Of a stretch of DNA of 64,000 nucleotides, positions 1 through 10,012 are shown piece by piece. The notes beneath the pieces were generated by a model. The model searched no databases. It had not been told where the DNA came from and saw only the letters and a list, made by a program, of their open reading frames with translations. The translations under genes were made by a program, and so were the position numbers. How positions within the stretch are numbered: the first letter of the stretch is position 1; each line of letters begins with the position of its first letter. Origin of the DNA: an uncultured Dehalococcoidia bacterium (GTDB lineage Bacteria; Chloroflexota; Dehalococcoidia; Lucifugimonadales; UBA1123); contig CATOSI010000001.1 of the NCBI GenBank assembly GCA_951812505.1, forward strand, positions 956,745 through 1,020,744, read 5' to 3'.

Positions 1-2
1 CT

Positions 3-140
3 ACCCCAAGCCCGGAGGACATCCTGGTAACCCGGCGTCTGAATCAGAGCGCGGACATGATGGACATCGAAGTGCTCGACCACATCGTCATAGGACAGAA
101 GAGTTTCGTCAGCATGAAGCAGAGAAATCTAGGCTTCTAG
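3..140 (+). CDS. radC: RadC/JAB-domain protein, C-terminal end (5' part outside window)
   Basis: Manual translation TPSPEDILVTRRL...IEVLDHIVIG...FVSMKQRNLGF*; PS-x-ED and LDHxxIG are typical of the RadC JAB motif. Confidence 0.85.
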   Translation, partial: TPSPEDILVTRRLNQSADMMDIEVLDHIVIGQKSFVSMKQRNLGF

Positions 141-158
141 CGCACAAAGGAGAACGAC

Positions 159-464
159 ATGGAACGTGAAATGGGAGACGTGGGAACTCAGTTTCTGTGG
201 GAAGATGAACATGTGAAGACGTGGGACCTTGTCTTGGAGCCGGGACAGTCGAGCGACTGGCACAGGCACACGATGCCCTATGTGTTCACAGTAACCAGGG
301 CGGGCAGACTGAAGACCGAATACGAAGACGGCTCAGTCTCAGTAAGCGACCTCGCGCTGGGCCAGGTGGTGCAGGGACATCACGGCTCGGTTCACAGGGT
401 CACGAACGTCGGCGACGCGCAGTACAGCAACTCAATCGTGGAAGTGAAGCAGATTCAGGAGTGA
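159..464 (+). CDS. Cupin domain protein
   Basis: LEPGQSSDWHRH...HRVTN cupin motifs; AGGAG RBS. Confidence 0.8.
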   Translation: MEREMGDVGTQFLWEDEHVKTWDLVLEPGQSSDWHRHTMPYVFTVTRAGRLKTEYEDGSVSVSDLALGQVVQGHHGSVHRVTNVGDAQYSNSIVEVKQIQE

Positions 465-470
465 GAGATC

Positions 471-776
471 ATGCCAAGAGGGAACGAGCCACTGGGCGAG
501 ATAGCGACCGACGTCCTTTTTGAAAACGATAGCGTCAAGATATGGAACCTGGTAGTCAACCCGGGTGAGGCGAGCGACTGGCATATGCATGGGCGCGACT
601 ACGTTACGATAGTCGTCGAGGGCGCGGGGCTGACCGTCGAATATGATGACGGCACGTCGGAAGACAGCCCGTCCGGTCCCGGCACATGGCGATACCATGG
701 CGACCACAAGATTCACAGGGTCGTGAACAACTCCGATACCAGGTACGTTAACGTGCTGGTCGAATTGAAGAAGTAG
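471..776 (+). CDS. Cupin domain protein (paralog of upstream gene)
   Basis: VNPGEASDWHMH...HRVVN; same length and collinear with 159-464. Confidence 0.8.
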   Translation: MPRGNEPLGEIATDVLFENDSVKIWNLVVNPGEASDWHMHGRDYVTIVVEGAGLTVEYDDGTSEDSPSGPGTWRYHGDHKIHRVVNNSDTRYVNVLVELKK

Positions 777-791
777 GCGGTCTGACTGCAA

Positions 792-1718
792 ATGAAGATT
801 CTCATCATGGCCACCGGCGCGGTCGGCGGATATTACGGCAGCCTCCTGGCGCGCGGGGAGAACGACGTGATCTTCGTCGCGCGCGGCGACAACCTTGACG
901 CCATCAGGCAGCATGGTCTCAGGGTGAACAGCGTGAATTCGGGGAATTTTACGGTTCGCGTGAATGCCGTTGATTCGCTCGATGGAAGCTGGACGCCCGA
1001 CTTGGTGATGTTCTGCGTCAAAGGATACCAGAATGCGCAGGCCATCGAGGTAATCAAGCCCTCGATTGGCGATGGCACGACCATCCTGACGCTGCAGAAC
1101 GGCATAGGCTCCGGATCCGACCTCTCTGAGGCGTTCGGCCCGGACAAAGTGCTTCTGGGAGCGGCCTACGTGGACGCCTCTCATCCCGGACCGGGTGTCT
1201 TCGACGAACGCGGCGGCACGTGCCGCATAGTGTTTGCCGAGCAGGAGGGGCCGCCTACCGAACGCTGCTCTGAGATTCTACGAACGCTGCAATCCGCCGG
1301 AATCGAGTCCGAGATAGCCGCCGACATCAACGAGGCGCTATGGAACAAGCTGGTTTACATCTGCGGCCTGAGCGGTATGACCTGCATAACGCGCTCGTCA
1401 TTCAAAGAGGTCATTGAAACTCCCCAGACAGCAGGACTGACTCTTAGAGTGATGGAAGAAGCGGCCGCCGTGGGCAGGGCCGCCGGAGTGAATCTGGCAA
1501 ACGACGTGGCAGAGACCACTATGACCCATCTCTATGAAGAGAGAGACGGTCTCGTCTCTTCGATGCACGCCGACCTCAACGGCGGCAGACCGCTCGAACT
1601 CGCAAATCTCAACGGCAAGGTGTCGGAGTTGGGACACGAACTCGGCGTCCCCACCCCTCTCAACGACTTCATCACAGCCTGCCTTACTCCCGCCCACAAC
1701 CGCGCGGTCGCCGGCTGA
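792..1718 (+). CDS. panE: 2-dehydropantoate 2-reductase (ketopantoate reductase family)
   Basis: TGAVGGYYG, LTLQNGIG, LWNKL, SSMHADL..GRPLE..NLNG motifs. Confidence 0.85.
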   Translation: MKILIMATGAVGGYYGSLLARGENDVIFVARGDNLDAIRQHGLRVNSVNSGNFTVRVNAVDSLDGSWTPDLVMFCVKGYQNAQAIEVIKPSIGDGTTILTLQNGIGSGSDLSEAFGPDKVLLGAAYVDASHPGPGVFDERGGTCRIVFAEQEGPPTERCSEILRTLQSAGIESEIAADINEALWNKLVYICGLSGMTCITRSSFKEVIETPQTAGLTLRVMEEAAAVGRAAGVNLANDVAETTMTHLYEERDGLVSSMHADLNGGRPLELANLNGKVSELGHELGVPTPLNDFITACLTPAHNRAVAG

Positions 1719-1759
1719 ATTTCCTTTTTCCAATCCTACCCGAACACGGAGGACCAAAC

Positions 1760-2089
1760 TTGACGTACACTTACAATCCCGACGACATCAAGCGCCGAGA
1801 ACTCGCGCCCGGCGTATTCCTGAGAACGATGTGGGGTGAGAAGATAATGATGAGTATCGTGGAAATCTCGCCCAACTCCGAAGTCCCGATGCACGAGCAT
1901 CCCCACGAGCAGGCCGGAATGGTTCTTGAGGGGGAATTCGACTTCACGATAGGCGGCGTTACTTCACGAGTACGTAAGGGCGATACATACGTCATCCCCG
2001 GCGGGGTGGAACACTACGTGAAGGCGACCGACCAGCCCGCGGTCGCGCTGGACATCTTCAGCCCGCCCCGCGAGGACTACAAACATTGA
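1760..2089 (+). CDS. Cupin_2 domain protein
   Basis: PMHEHPHEQ.G.V.EG...IPGGVEH...LDIFSPPREDY. Confidence 0.85.
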   Translation: MTYTYNPDDIKRRELAPGVFLRTMWGEKIMMSIVEISPNSEVPMHEHPHEQAGMVLEGEFDFTIGGVTSRVRKGDTYVIPGGVEHYVKATDQPAVALDIFSPPREDYKH

Positions 2090-2111
2090 TCCGGTGTAGG
2101 TTGAACTTCCG

Positions 2112-2435
2112 TCAACCCGAGCCCGGCGGCCTGTAGCTTGCGCTCTTCTTTGCAGCGGCATCTATCGTATCCGGGTCGATCAATACTGTAGTTTTGACGG
2201 TGATCGCTCCACTGGCGGACACTGAAAGAGACAGTGCCAACGCCGTTTCCTCATCCGGAACTTCCACGATGGCAATAACGTCATCCTCTCCGAATGCGTA
2301 ATAGCAAGATTCGAGAGACCCGCCAAGGTTGTTTATCAAGTTTGTAATCGTCGCCACACGTCTGGAACCGCCTTCTTTCAGAAGTCCGCCGACCCCTTCC
2401 GCTGTGTAGGACGCCCGGTACAGATACTTAGGCAT
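2112..2435 (-). CDS. GYD domain protein
   Basis: MPKYL..ASYT.EG..GL..EGG..R, YYAFGEDD. Confidence 0.85.
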   Translation of the reverse strand: MPKYLYRASYTAEGVGGLLKEGGSRRVATITNLINNLGGSLESCYYAFGEDDVIAIVEVPDEETALALSLSVSASGAITVKTTVLIDPDTIDAAAKKSASYRPPGSG

Positions 2436-2522
2436 TCAGCCAACTCCACTTACAAGGAAACGCCCCGTCACCTGTTCCGGGAACGGGGCTGATTCGGATT
2501 ATCGTTAAAGGTCCAACGAGTC

Positions 2523-2981
2523 TTACACGCCGTAGCGTACCGATGCGTTGGGATCGCTGTATTCCACGCCCTTGGTGGACCAGAACACGGTGGCGATGTC
2601 GTCAACCGCGGCGACCAGTGCCTCGGCATTATCCATGCTGACGGTCTGCTTGCACTGGCTGGCCAGCTTAAGCGCCGCATTGAACCTGGCGGCGATGTCG
2701 TCGGCGTCCGTGCCGGGCCACGTATAGTCGGCCCACAGAACCCTGAGTTCGTGCTTGCACAGCTCCGCGTGCTCTTCCTTCACAGTGATGTAGCGAGACA
2801 GCGTGTTGGCGGAAGCGGCGTCTCCGGCGTCATCCAGAGACTCGATCCGAAGAACCATCTTCTGCACGGTCTGGGCCGCTATCTTTGCCGAAACAGGGTC
2901 GTAGATTCCGCACGGAATATCGCAGTGGGCGCTGGCCTCACGCACGGGGATTAGTCTTGCCAGGGCAGACGTGATTGTCAT
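2523..2981 (-). CDS. sodN: Nickel superoxide dismutase precursor
   Basis: Ni-hook HCDIPCGIYDP after a short leader ending ASA; KEEHAE.CKHEL.VLWADY; start chosen by AGGAG RBS. Confidence 0.95.
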   Translation of the reverse strand: MTITSALARLIPVREASAHCDIPCGIYDPVSAKIAAQTVQKMVLRIESLDDAGDAASANTLSRYITVKEEHAELCKHELRVLWADYTWPGTDADDIAARFNAALKLASQCKQTVSMDNAEALVAAVDDIATVFWSTKGVEYSDPNASVRYGV

Positions 2982-3071
2982 AGCCTGCATTCTCCTTTCA
3001 GAAAGCTGGGGGTGTATATTGCACATATGAAGATACAAAAATCGGCGTGGTGGCGCAACCCTGACGCTCTT

Positions 3072-3818
3072 TCACGACAGTTCGTCCAGAAACATGGCGA
3101 GGTCCGAGTTGAATCTCTCTGGAATCGAGCGGTGGAGCGAGTGTCCCAATCCCTCATATACTCTGAGCCGGGAGTTTGGGATCCTTTCAAGCGCCGTCAG
3201 GCCGTGCTCGGGTGGAAAATAGAGGTCATGAGACCCCCAGAGCAGGAGAGTCTCACAGGTTATCGCGCGAAATATTGCTTCGTCTCTCTCGTCCAACGGA
3301 AAGGCGAGCATAGGGTACGGCGACTTGAAGCCGAGCACACCGTAAATCAACCAGCGGGCAATGCTGAGTATCCTGCCCTGGCACCGCAGTTTGCCGAATC
3401 CCATGGGCGCTTCAAGCGCCAGCCCTCTCACCCTCTCGGGGTACTCCCGCGCCACCTCAAGACAGACCCTGCCGCCAAGCGAGTGTCCCACGAGTATCGC
3501 GTCCTCTATTCCGACCGCGTCCATGAACCTCACCAGAAAGTCGGCGATATACTCGGGAGTATGCGGAATCTCCTCCCTGGGAGCATCGCCAAAGCCGATC
3601 AAATCCGGCGCATAGACTTTATTGAATCGCGCCAGTACGGGTACGACATCCCTCCAGTCCCTGCGGTCGGCGCCGGCGCCGTGCACAAGTAGGACAGTGC
3701 GGTCCGCATCCCCGGCGACCAGGTATGGGATAATGTCATCGGTGACAAGCGTCCACTTCTCCTCAACTGTCGGTTCACCGGCCGCACCAGTGTCATGTGT
3801 GAAATCTGCTGAGGTCAA
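3072..3818 (-). CDS. Alpha/beta fold hydrolase
   Basis: LLVHGAG, PDLIGFG, GHSLGG nucleophile elbow, C-terminal GH; start uncertain. Confidence 0.85.
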   Translation of the reverse strand: MTSADFTHDTGAAGEPTVEEKWTLVTDDIIPYLVAGDADRTVLLVHGAGADRRDWRDVVPVLARFNKVYAPDLIGFGDAPREEIPHTPEYIADFLVRFMDAVGIEDAILVGHSLGGRVCLEVAREYPERVRGLALEAPMGFGKLRCQGRILSIARWLIYGVLGFKSPYPMLAFPLDERDEAIFRAITCETLLLWGSHDLYFPPEHGLTALERIPNSRLRVYEGLGHSLHRSIPERFNSDLAMFLDELS

Positions 3819-3822
3819 TGTA

Positions 3823-4266
3823 TTGTTATCAAATATAACTTCTGCGGGGCTGTTCAGGTTACGTGGGGCAAGTATGGAGCCTTCTCTTTGCGACGGCGAC
3901 CTGCTGCTCGTTATAAAGCGTCACGGTGTGCCCCGCAGAGGCCGGATAGTCACCATACGGATGCCGGACGGGGCCGGCCCATCGTGGCAGGTCAAACGTG
4001 TAGTGGGGCTGCCCGGAGATAACCTGCGGTTTGAAGACGGACTTCTGTTCATCAACGGGACCCCGCACAGAGAACACTATTTACAAGGACTGCCAGCTTA
4101 CCTGGGTCTCGACAGGACTTCCTTCGACATCGGAGACGACAGCTATTTCGTCCTGGGAGACAACCGTGCCCACAGCGTGGACAGCCGTTCCTTCGGTACG
4201 ATTGACGGAGCCCAGATAGCCGGGGTCGTAGCAGCGCGTCTGTGGCCGCCTTTCAGGTTAAGTTGA
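3823..4266 (+). CDS. S26 signal-peptidase-like protease, probable Ni-SOD maturation protease (SodX-like)
   Basis: GASMEPSL (Ser), VKRVVGLPGD (Lys), GDNRAHSVDSRSFG; no TM anchor; near sodN; TTG start inferred. Confidence 0.75.
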   Translation: MLSNITSAGLFRLRGASMEPSLCDGDLLLVIKRHGVPRRGRIVTIRMPDGAGPSWQVKRVVGLPGDNLRFEDGLLFINGTPHREHYLQGLPAYLGLDRTSFDIGDDSYFVLGDNRAHSVDSRSFGTIDGAQIAGVVAARLWPPFRLS

Positions 4267-4273
4267 TCCCGGG

Positions 4274-4627
4274 CTAATGCCCGTCACGGGCCAGTTCTCC
4301 CTCGATTTCCATCTCTTCGGATGTGACTTCGTCATCGTCGAGCTGCGGACCGCCCTCGCCGAGCCGTCCGATAGGAATGGCTGGCAGAGTTGTTATATGC
4401 ACCCCGGCGGAGACGCCAAGGTGCAGAGAGAACTGCGCCACTTCCTCATTGCCGGGCGCGGACACGATTCCTACGAAATCGTACTCCCCGAGCACCGCGT
4501 ACAATCCAAGAACTCCGGTGTCGGAAACGTCTATGCTATGGGCGGAGGCGAGCATACTCTCGGTGTCGGTCAGCATCTTGCGCCGGCCCTTCTGGGTCAT
4601 TTTCATTAGCAGGATGTACGTCGCCAT
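4274..4627 (-). CDS. GYD domain protein
   Basis: MATYILLMKMTQKG, YAVLGEYD. Confidence 0.8.
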   Translation of the reverse strand: MATYILLMKMTQKGRRKMLTDTESMLASAHSIDVSDTGVLGLYAVLGEYDFVGIVSAPGNEEVAQFSLHLGVSAGVHITTLPAIPIGRLGEGGPQLDDDEVTSEEMEIEGELARDGH

Positions 4628-4645
4628 AAGGGTTCTCCCAGATGT

Positions 4646-5632
4646 TTATCGCCGCTCGGACTGAAGCCACTCAGCAACTTCCTTGGCGTGATAGCTGAGG
4701 ATTACATCCGCCCCTGCCCGCTTGATGCTCGTCAGGATTTCCATAGTTATCCGTCTGCCGTCAATCCACTCATTTTCCGCGGCGGCCTTGACCATAGAGT
4801 ACTCTCCGCTCACGTTGTAGGCGGCAACCGGCGTGGCGAATGTCTCTCTGGCGCTCTTCAGCACGTCCAGATATGCCAGGGCGGGCTTGACCATCACCAA
4901 GTCCGCGCCCTCCTCGATGTCCAGAGCGATCTCCCGCATCGCCTCTCTGACATTGGGGGTGTCCATCTGATACCCCGCCCTGTCGCCGAACTGGGGAGTC
5001 GAGTCCGCCGCGACTCGGAATGGTCCGTAGAAACCCGAAGCGTACTTCGCCGAGTAAGCCATGATCGGCACGTTCTCGAAGTCGGCTTCGTCCAGAGCGT
5101 CTCGGATAGCCCCAACCTGTCCGTCCATCATCGCCGAGGGAGCTACCATATCAACACCCGCCTCGGCCTGCCGGACAGACATCCGCGCCAGCAGATCCAG
5201 CGTGGCGTCGTTATCAACTGTATCGCCGTTCAGCACTCCGCAGTGTCCATGACTGGTGAATTCACAGAGGCATACATCTCCTATTACAGTCATCTCGGGT
5301 ACGGTCTGCTTGATGACCTCGATTGCCCCCTGGATTATCCCTGTGGGACTGTAGGCGTCGCTGCCCCGCTCATCCTTGTACGCGGGTATCCCGAACAGCA
5401 TAACCGAGCGGATTCCCAATTCGTACAATTCACCAACCTCATGTACGAGGTGGTCCAGAGACATCTGGTAGATACCCGGCATGGGGGGCACTTCTACCCT
5501 CGTGTCCCTGCCGTGTACGACGAACATCGGATAGATGAAGTCCGAGGCGGAAATGCTGGTTTCTCGCACCATTCCGCGCAGCCCCGGATTATCTCTCAGG
5601 CGGCGCATTCTGGTTGTTGGGAATCCCGGCAT
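4646..5632 (-). CDS. hemB: Porphobilinogen synthase
   Basis: DVCLCEFTSHGHCG, APSAMMDGQV, MVKPALAYLD, AYNVSGEYSM. Confidence 0.97.
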   Translation of the reverse strand: MPGFPTTRMRRLRDNPGLRGMVRETSISASDFIYPMFVVHGRDTRVEVPPMPGIYQMSLDHLVHEVGELYELGIRSVMLFGIPAYKDERGSDAYSPTGIIQGAIEVIKQTVPEMTVIGDVCLCEFTSHGHCGVLNGDTVDNDATLDLLARMSVRQAEAGVDMVAPSAMMDGQVGAIRDALDEADFENVPIMAYSAKYASGFYGPFRVAADSTPQFGDRAGYQMDTPNVREAMREIALDIEEGADLVMVKPALAYLDVLKSARETFATPVAAYNVSGEYSMVKAAAENEWIDGRRITMEILTSIKRAGADVILSYHAKEVAEWLQSERR

Positions 5633-5643
5633 GGCTGCCTCCT

Positions 5644-7158
5644 TCACTGCCCGGTAAAGTGCTCTGCAATCGCGTCTGCCAGACTGTAGGTGGCAGCTAC
5701 TCTAGAAACTATATCAACTTTCAATCCGTAACTGCTAGCCGTCGCTGCCGTTACCGGTCCGATGCACGCTACCGTGACGCCGGACAGCAGCGACACGTCA
5801 TGGTCCAGCAGCCTTAGCAGGTTCGTAACGGTGGACGAACTGGTAAATGTAATCGCGTCCACGCCCTGGCATATCGCCTCTCTCAGCGCAGTGATCGCTC
5901 CATCGGGCGTCACCGTTCGGTAGGCTTCCACCTCGCTCACGATGGCTCCGTTGGAGCGCAAACTGTCCGGGAATTGGGTCGTTGCGATGTCAGACCTCGG
6001 AAGTAGTATCCGTTTGCCGCCGACTCCATATTCGACAAGCGCCGACGCGAGTCCATTCGACGTTGCCCTGTCCGGCATCAGATCGGCCCTCACGCCTCTA
6101 TTCAGCAACTCGGACGATGTCGCCCGCCCCACCGCAGCCACCTTAACGGGGTGGAAGGCTCTCATGTCCATACCGGTCTCCATGAGTCTGCCGCACACGG
6201 CGCTCACTGCATTCGCGCTGGTGAACGCAACCCAGTCGAATTCGGACAATTTCCGCAGATAAGAGTCGAGTTCAGTGAAATCTTCCAGGGTACGGATTTC
6301 TATAGTGGGTATCTCCACAGGGTAGGCGCCCAGTTCCGCGAGACGTGCCGACAGGACGCTTGCCTGCGTTCTTGACCTCGTTACCATAATGCGGCGACCG
6401 AAGAGCGGCAGTTCCTCGTACCAATTCAGGCGCTCATGCAGTCGGGCCACTTCTCCCACGACAATGACTGCGGGCGCTCCAAGTCCGGCCCGCTCTGCCG
6501 AAATCACAATACCGTCCAGGCGACCGGAGACGGATTTCTGGTCTGCCGTCGCTCCACGGCTCACAATCGCGGCCGGCGTATCCCGTGGTTTGCCGGCGGC
6601 GATGAGCGCGGATACTATCTCCTCGGCCCTACTCCAGCCCATCAGGATGACCAGCGTCCCGGGCATACGCGCGACCGCTGACCAGTCGGTATCCATTTCC
6701 GGTCTGCCCAGCGCGACGTTACCCGTAATGACAGTAAACCCGGAAGCGTGGTCTCTGTGTGTAAGCGGTATTCCAGCGTAGGCCGGAACCGCGACCGCGG
6801 AAGTGACGCCCGGCGAAATCTCATAGGGAATTCTCGCATTCCGCAGCGCCTCCGCTTCTTCACCGCCCCTGCCGAATATAAAAGGGTCTCCACCCTTCAG
6901 CCGGACTACTCGCTTGCCTTCGCCGGCCCTTTCAATAAGCAATTCACTGATGTTCGCCTGGGTCTGCCCGCGTCCGCCCGGAAATTTTCCCGCGTCCACC
7001 AACTCAACATCAGGCCTGCAATGGTCGAGGAGTCGCATGTCAATCAGCCGATCATGCACCACCACGTCGGCATTCCTGAGAAGACGCAGTCCTCTGAGAG
7101 TAAGGAGTTCCGGGTCGCCCGGACCCGCTCCAACAAGATACACCCTTCCCTCGTTCAC
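5644..7158 (-). CDS. cobA: Uroporphyrinogen-III C-methyltransferase / uroporphyrinogen-III synthase fusion (CobA-HemD)
   Basis: VYLVGAGPGDPELLT, RLKGGDPFIFGRGGEE; C-terminal FTSANAV, FTSSSTV, CIGPVTA. Confidence 0.95.
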   Translation of the reverse strand: MNEGRVYLVGAGPGDPELLTLRGLRLLRNADVVVHDRLIDMRLLDHCRPDVELVDAGKFPGGRGQTQANISELLIERAGEGKRVVRLKGGDPFIFGRGGEEAEALRNARIPYEISPGVTSAVAVPAYAGIPLTHRDHASGFTVITGNVALGRPEMDTDWSAVARMPGTLVILMGWSRAEEIVSALIAAGKPRDTPAAIVSRGATADQKSVSGRLDGIVISAERAGLGAPAVIVVGEVARLHERLNWYEELPLFGRRIMVTRSRTQASVLSARLAELGAYPVEIPTIEIRTLEDFTELDSYLRKLSEFDWVAFTSANAVSAVCGRLMETGMDMRAFHPVKVAAVGRATSSELLNRGVRADLMPDRATSNGLASALVEYGVGGKRILLPRSDIATTQFPDSLRSNGAIVSEVEAYRTVTPDGAITALREAICQGVDAITFTSSSTVTNLLRLLDHDVSLLSGVTVACIGPVTAATASSYGLKVDIVSRVAATYSLADAIAEHFTGQ

Positions 7159-8081
7159 AGCCCGCGCTCCCCATAGACAATCGCGTCCGCTCCAGTTTCC
7201 AGCAGCGAACGCGCAGCCTCGCGGCCCGCCGACACGGGATCCACATCCGACGCCTCAACTCGCTTTCTGTATATCTGAGAGCCGTCCGGCAAGCAGGCCA
7301 TCATAGTGATCCGTAGTTTCCCGCCACTTGGTACGGCGTAAGCCGCCACCGGTACGCGACATCCGCCTCCAATGAAGTCAACGAATGCGCGCTCCGCGGT
7401 AACGGCTGCCCACGTAGAGGCGTGATTAACGGCCCCGACCATCTCGCGCATCCGCTCGTCCCCCACACGCGTCTCGACCGCTAGCGCGCCCTGTCCCGCG
7501 TCCGGCACGCACAGCTCCGGGTCCAGAATATCGGTCGCCTCCCCGATCCGGCCGAGTCGCTCAAGGCCGGCAGCGGCAAGCGCCACTCCGTCCAGGTCAT
7601 CGCCGCTCACTCTCGACAGTCGCGTATCTACATTGCCACGGATGGGCACAATCTCGATGTCCGAACGCGCGGCAAGAAGTTGACCTGATCTCCTGGGACT
7701 GCTGGTGCCCAATCTCGCGCCAGATGGTAATTCGTAAAACCCCGCGTTCAGCCTGTTGACAATCAAATCGCGCGCGTCTTTTCGTTTCGGGTATGCGGGG
7801 ATTACAAGACCTTCAGGTAGTGTCGTCGGCATGTCCTTCGCCGAGTGGACTGCCATGTCGATTCGCCCGTCCAGCAGCCACTCCTCCACTCCCTTGGCGA
7901 ACGCACCTCGCCCCAGACTCAGAAGTGGCGCGCTCTTTCTGCGGTCGCCGACCGGGGTTATACGCACAACCTCGAAGACAGCCTCGGGCCAAGCCTTGCT
8001 CAGCGCGGACAACACTTCCTCAGTCTGCGCTATTGCCAGCGCGCTTCCCCGTGTGCCGACCCTAACCGTTCGCCTCTTCAT
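7155..8081 (-). CDS. hemC: Hydroxymethylbilane synthase
   Basis: VGTRGSALAIAQT, AVHSAKDMP, GTSSPRR, IRGNVDTRL, GGCRVP; start trimmed to MKRRTVRVG. Confidence 0.95.
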   Translation of the reverse strand: MKRRTVRVGTRGSALAIAQTEEVLSALSKAWPEAVFEVVRITPVGDRRKSAPLLSLGRGAFAKGVEEWLLDGRIDMAVHSAKDMPTTLPEGLVIPAYPKRKDARDLIVNRLNAGFYELPSGARLGTSSPRRSGQLLAARSDIEIVPIRGNVDTRLSRVSGDDLDGVALAAAGLERLGRIGEATDILDPELCVPDAGQGALAVETRVGDERMREMVGAVNHASTWAAVTAERAFVDFIGGGCRVPVAAYAVPSGGKLRITMMACLPDGSQIYRKRVEASDVDPVSAGREAARSLLETGADAIVYGERGL

Positions 8082-8086
8082 GGCAG

Positions 8087-8728
8087 TTAAAGCGGCTCCG
8101 AGCGGGCCAACAGACCTTCCAATAGTGTGTCGTAGGCTCTCTCGGACTGACCGGACTGCACCGTGTCGAGAAGGTCTTCCGTAATGCACATCTGCCAGTG
8201 GTCGGGAGGCACGCGCAGACCCCTGCGCCTCAGTTCTGCCCTGGCATCCGAAAGCACGGGCGCGAGGTCGGCATACTCGAGTATCCGGCTGGACTCCAGT
8301 TTCTCTCTGAACGTGCGCGCAAGCGCGGGGCTCGCACCGCCGGTCGAGGTCGCCACCGTTACCTCTCCCCTTCGTGCCACCGACGGAGCTATGAATGTAC
8401 ATAGATGGGTCACGTCAACCACATTCAGGATGACGTTGCGCTCCTCGGCCTCCCTGGATATTCGCTCGTCCATAGCGGAGTCGCCTGTATTGGCTATCGC
8501 GATGAATGCGCGCGCCAGATCGCCGTCCCTGTACTCTCGCCTTATCCATTCCACCTCGCCGGCGTCCGCGAGATGCTGTACATTCGTGGTAACGTGGGAG
8601 CTAATCACGACCACCTTCGCGTCGCACTCGAGCAGCTTCACGACCTTTTCCTCGCCGAGTTCGCCGCCGCCTATAACGACGCAGTCTCGGCCCCGGACGT
8701 CTATGAAGGCGGGATAATATCTCGGCAC
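8087..8728 (-). CDS. Precorrin-2 dehydrogenase/sirohydrochlorin ferrochelatase (CysG N-terminal / SirC-Met8 type)
   Basis: YYPAFIDVRGRDCVVIGGG, NVVD...CTFIAP, STGGASPALAR. Confidence 0.9.
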   Translation of the reverse strand: MPRYYPAFIDVRGRDCVVIGGGELGEEKVVKLLECDAKVVVISSHVTTNVQHLADAGEVEWIRREYRDGDLARAFIAIANTGDSAMDERISREAEERNVILNVVDVTHLCTFIAPSVARRGEVTVATSTGGASPALARTFREKLESSRILEYADLAPVLSDARAELRRRGLRVPPDHWQMCITEDLLDTVQSGQSERAYDTLLEGLLARSEPL

Positions 8729-8870
8729 GGCCTACCACTCCTGAATCTCGCGAGTTGACGCCTACATTATAGCCCAGACATACGCGCAACCCAAAAGAAC
8801 AGCCGTCTTATCCCAGGGCCTTTTCGTTTTCTTCCCGTCATTCCACCAAGGGAGACCTTTGCATAACTAC

Positions 8871-8898
8871 CGTCATTCCCGCGAAAAGGCGGGAACCC
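8871..8898. repeat. REP-like palindrome
   Basis: CGTCA-TTCCCGC-gaaaag-GCGGGAA; partial second CGTCATTCC at 8836. Confidence 0.55.
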
Positions 8899-9263
8899 CG
8901 AAGGGCTCGCCGCCAGGCAATCCAGGGGTGGGGGTAGGCTTCTACATGGCAAAACTAGCTGGACGCCGTACTACGATTATGTCAGACAGGATAATGAAGA
9001 GACCCTGTGTCATATCCTAGACAGCACAAGTTCCCGATTTACTATACAGCCATCCCCCCAATACGCTACAATACATCCATGAAGAACAAATCTTCTGGCA
9101 CTGGATATATAAATAAGAATTTATACTGACGAGAAATCGGACCATAGAGATTTCTCTCCATAGCGAACGCAGGGCGACGCAGGGCAAACTCAGGGCAAAA
9201 TCGCCCCCTGTACATGCCTGTGACTCGCCTGTTTCTGCCCTGTACAATCATAAATCAGACTAT

Positions 9264-9941
9264 ATGAATCCCAGCCAAATGACAGAAACCGAACACGCCA
9301 GGCAAAACCTGCTAAGTAAGCTCGCGGACGATGTCTCCGACAGCCGCGTGCTGGACGCCATTCGCCGCGTCCCCAGAGAGCGGTTCGTCACACCTGCGAC
9401 CGCCGATCTCGCCTACCAGGACATCGCGCTTCCGATTCCCGCCGGCCAGACCATCTCGCAGCCGACGATGGTCGCTATCATGGTCGCCGAACTCGAACTT
9501 CGGATGTCGGACAAGGTGCTGGAGATTGGCGCCGGAAGCGGTTACCAGGCCGCGATTCTCTCAGAGCTTGCAAGAGAGGTTATTACGCTGGAGCGCATTC
9601 CAGAACTCGCAGAATCCGCTCGGTCTGTTCTCTCCAAGCTCGGATACCGGAATGTACGTGTCGAACTGGCCGGACCACGGCTCGGAAGAGAAGAGGACGC
9701 TCCGTACAACGCCATTATCGTAGCCGCCGCCGCTCCCAGACTGCCTTTGTCGCTATTGGACCAAATGGAACCCGGCGGAAGACTGGTCGTTCCGGTCGGC
9801 GACAGGCTTGAACAGACGCTAATTAAGGTCGTCAAGGGCGCGGAAGGCTTCACAACGCGAACGGTCACCGCGTGCCGATTCGTTCCGCTCATAGCGGAAG
9901 ACGCATGGCCCGACGACAGCGCCGTCTCTACGGTGTTGTAA
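9264..9941 (+). CDS. pcm: Protein-L-isoaspartate O-methyltransferase
   Basis: VPRERF, GQTISQP, VLEIGAGSGYQAA, GGRLVVPVG, CRFVPLI. Confidence 0.95.
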   Translation: MNPSQMTETEHARQNLLSKLADDVSDSRVLDAIRRVPRERFVTPATADLAYQDIALPIPAGQTISQPTMVAIMVAELELRMSDKVLEIGAGSGYQAAILSELAREVITLERIPELAESARSVLSKLGYRNVRVELAGPRLGREEDAPYNAIIVAAAAPRLPLSLLDQMEPGGRLVVPVGDRLEQTLIKVVKGAEGFTTRTVTACRFVPLIAEDAWPDDSAVSTVL

Positions 9942-10012
9942 ACCTCATATTACGTTAAATATACTGGTTAACGATTACACCACCATATCAATCAGGCAAG
10001 GTCCCACTATCA

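Noticed and set aside
4688-5689. Long antisense ORF (also 11800-12639, 26662-27498, and the alternate-frame ORF 38548-39807)
   Set aside because: Shadows of well-supported genes in GC-rich DNA
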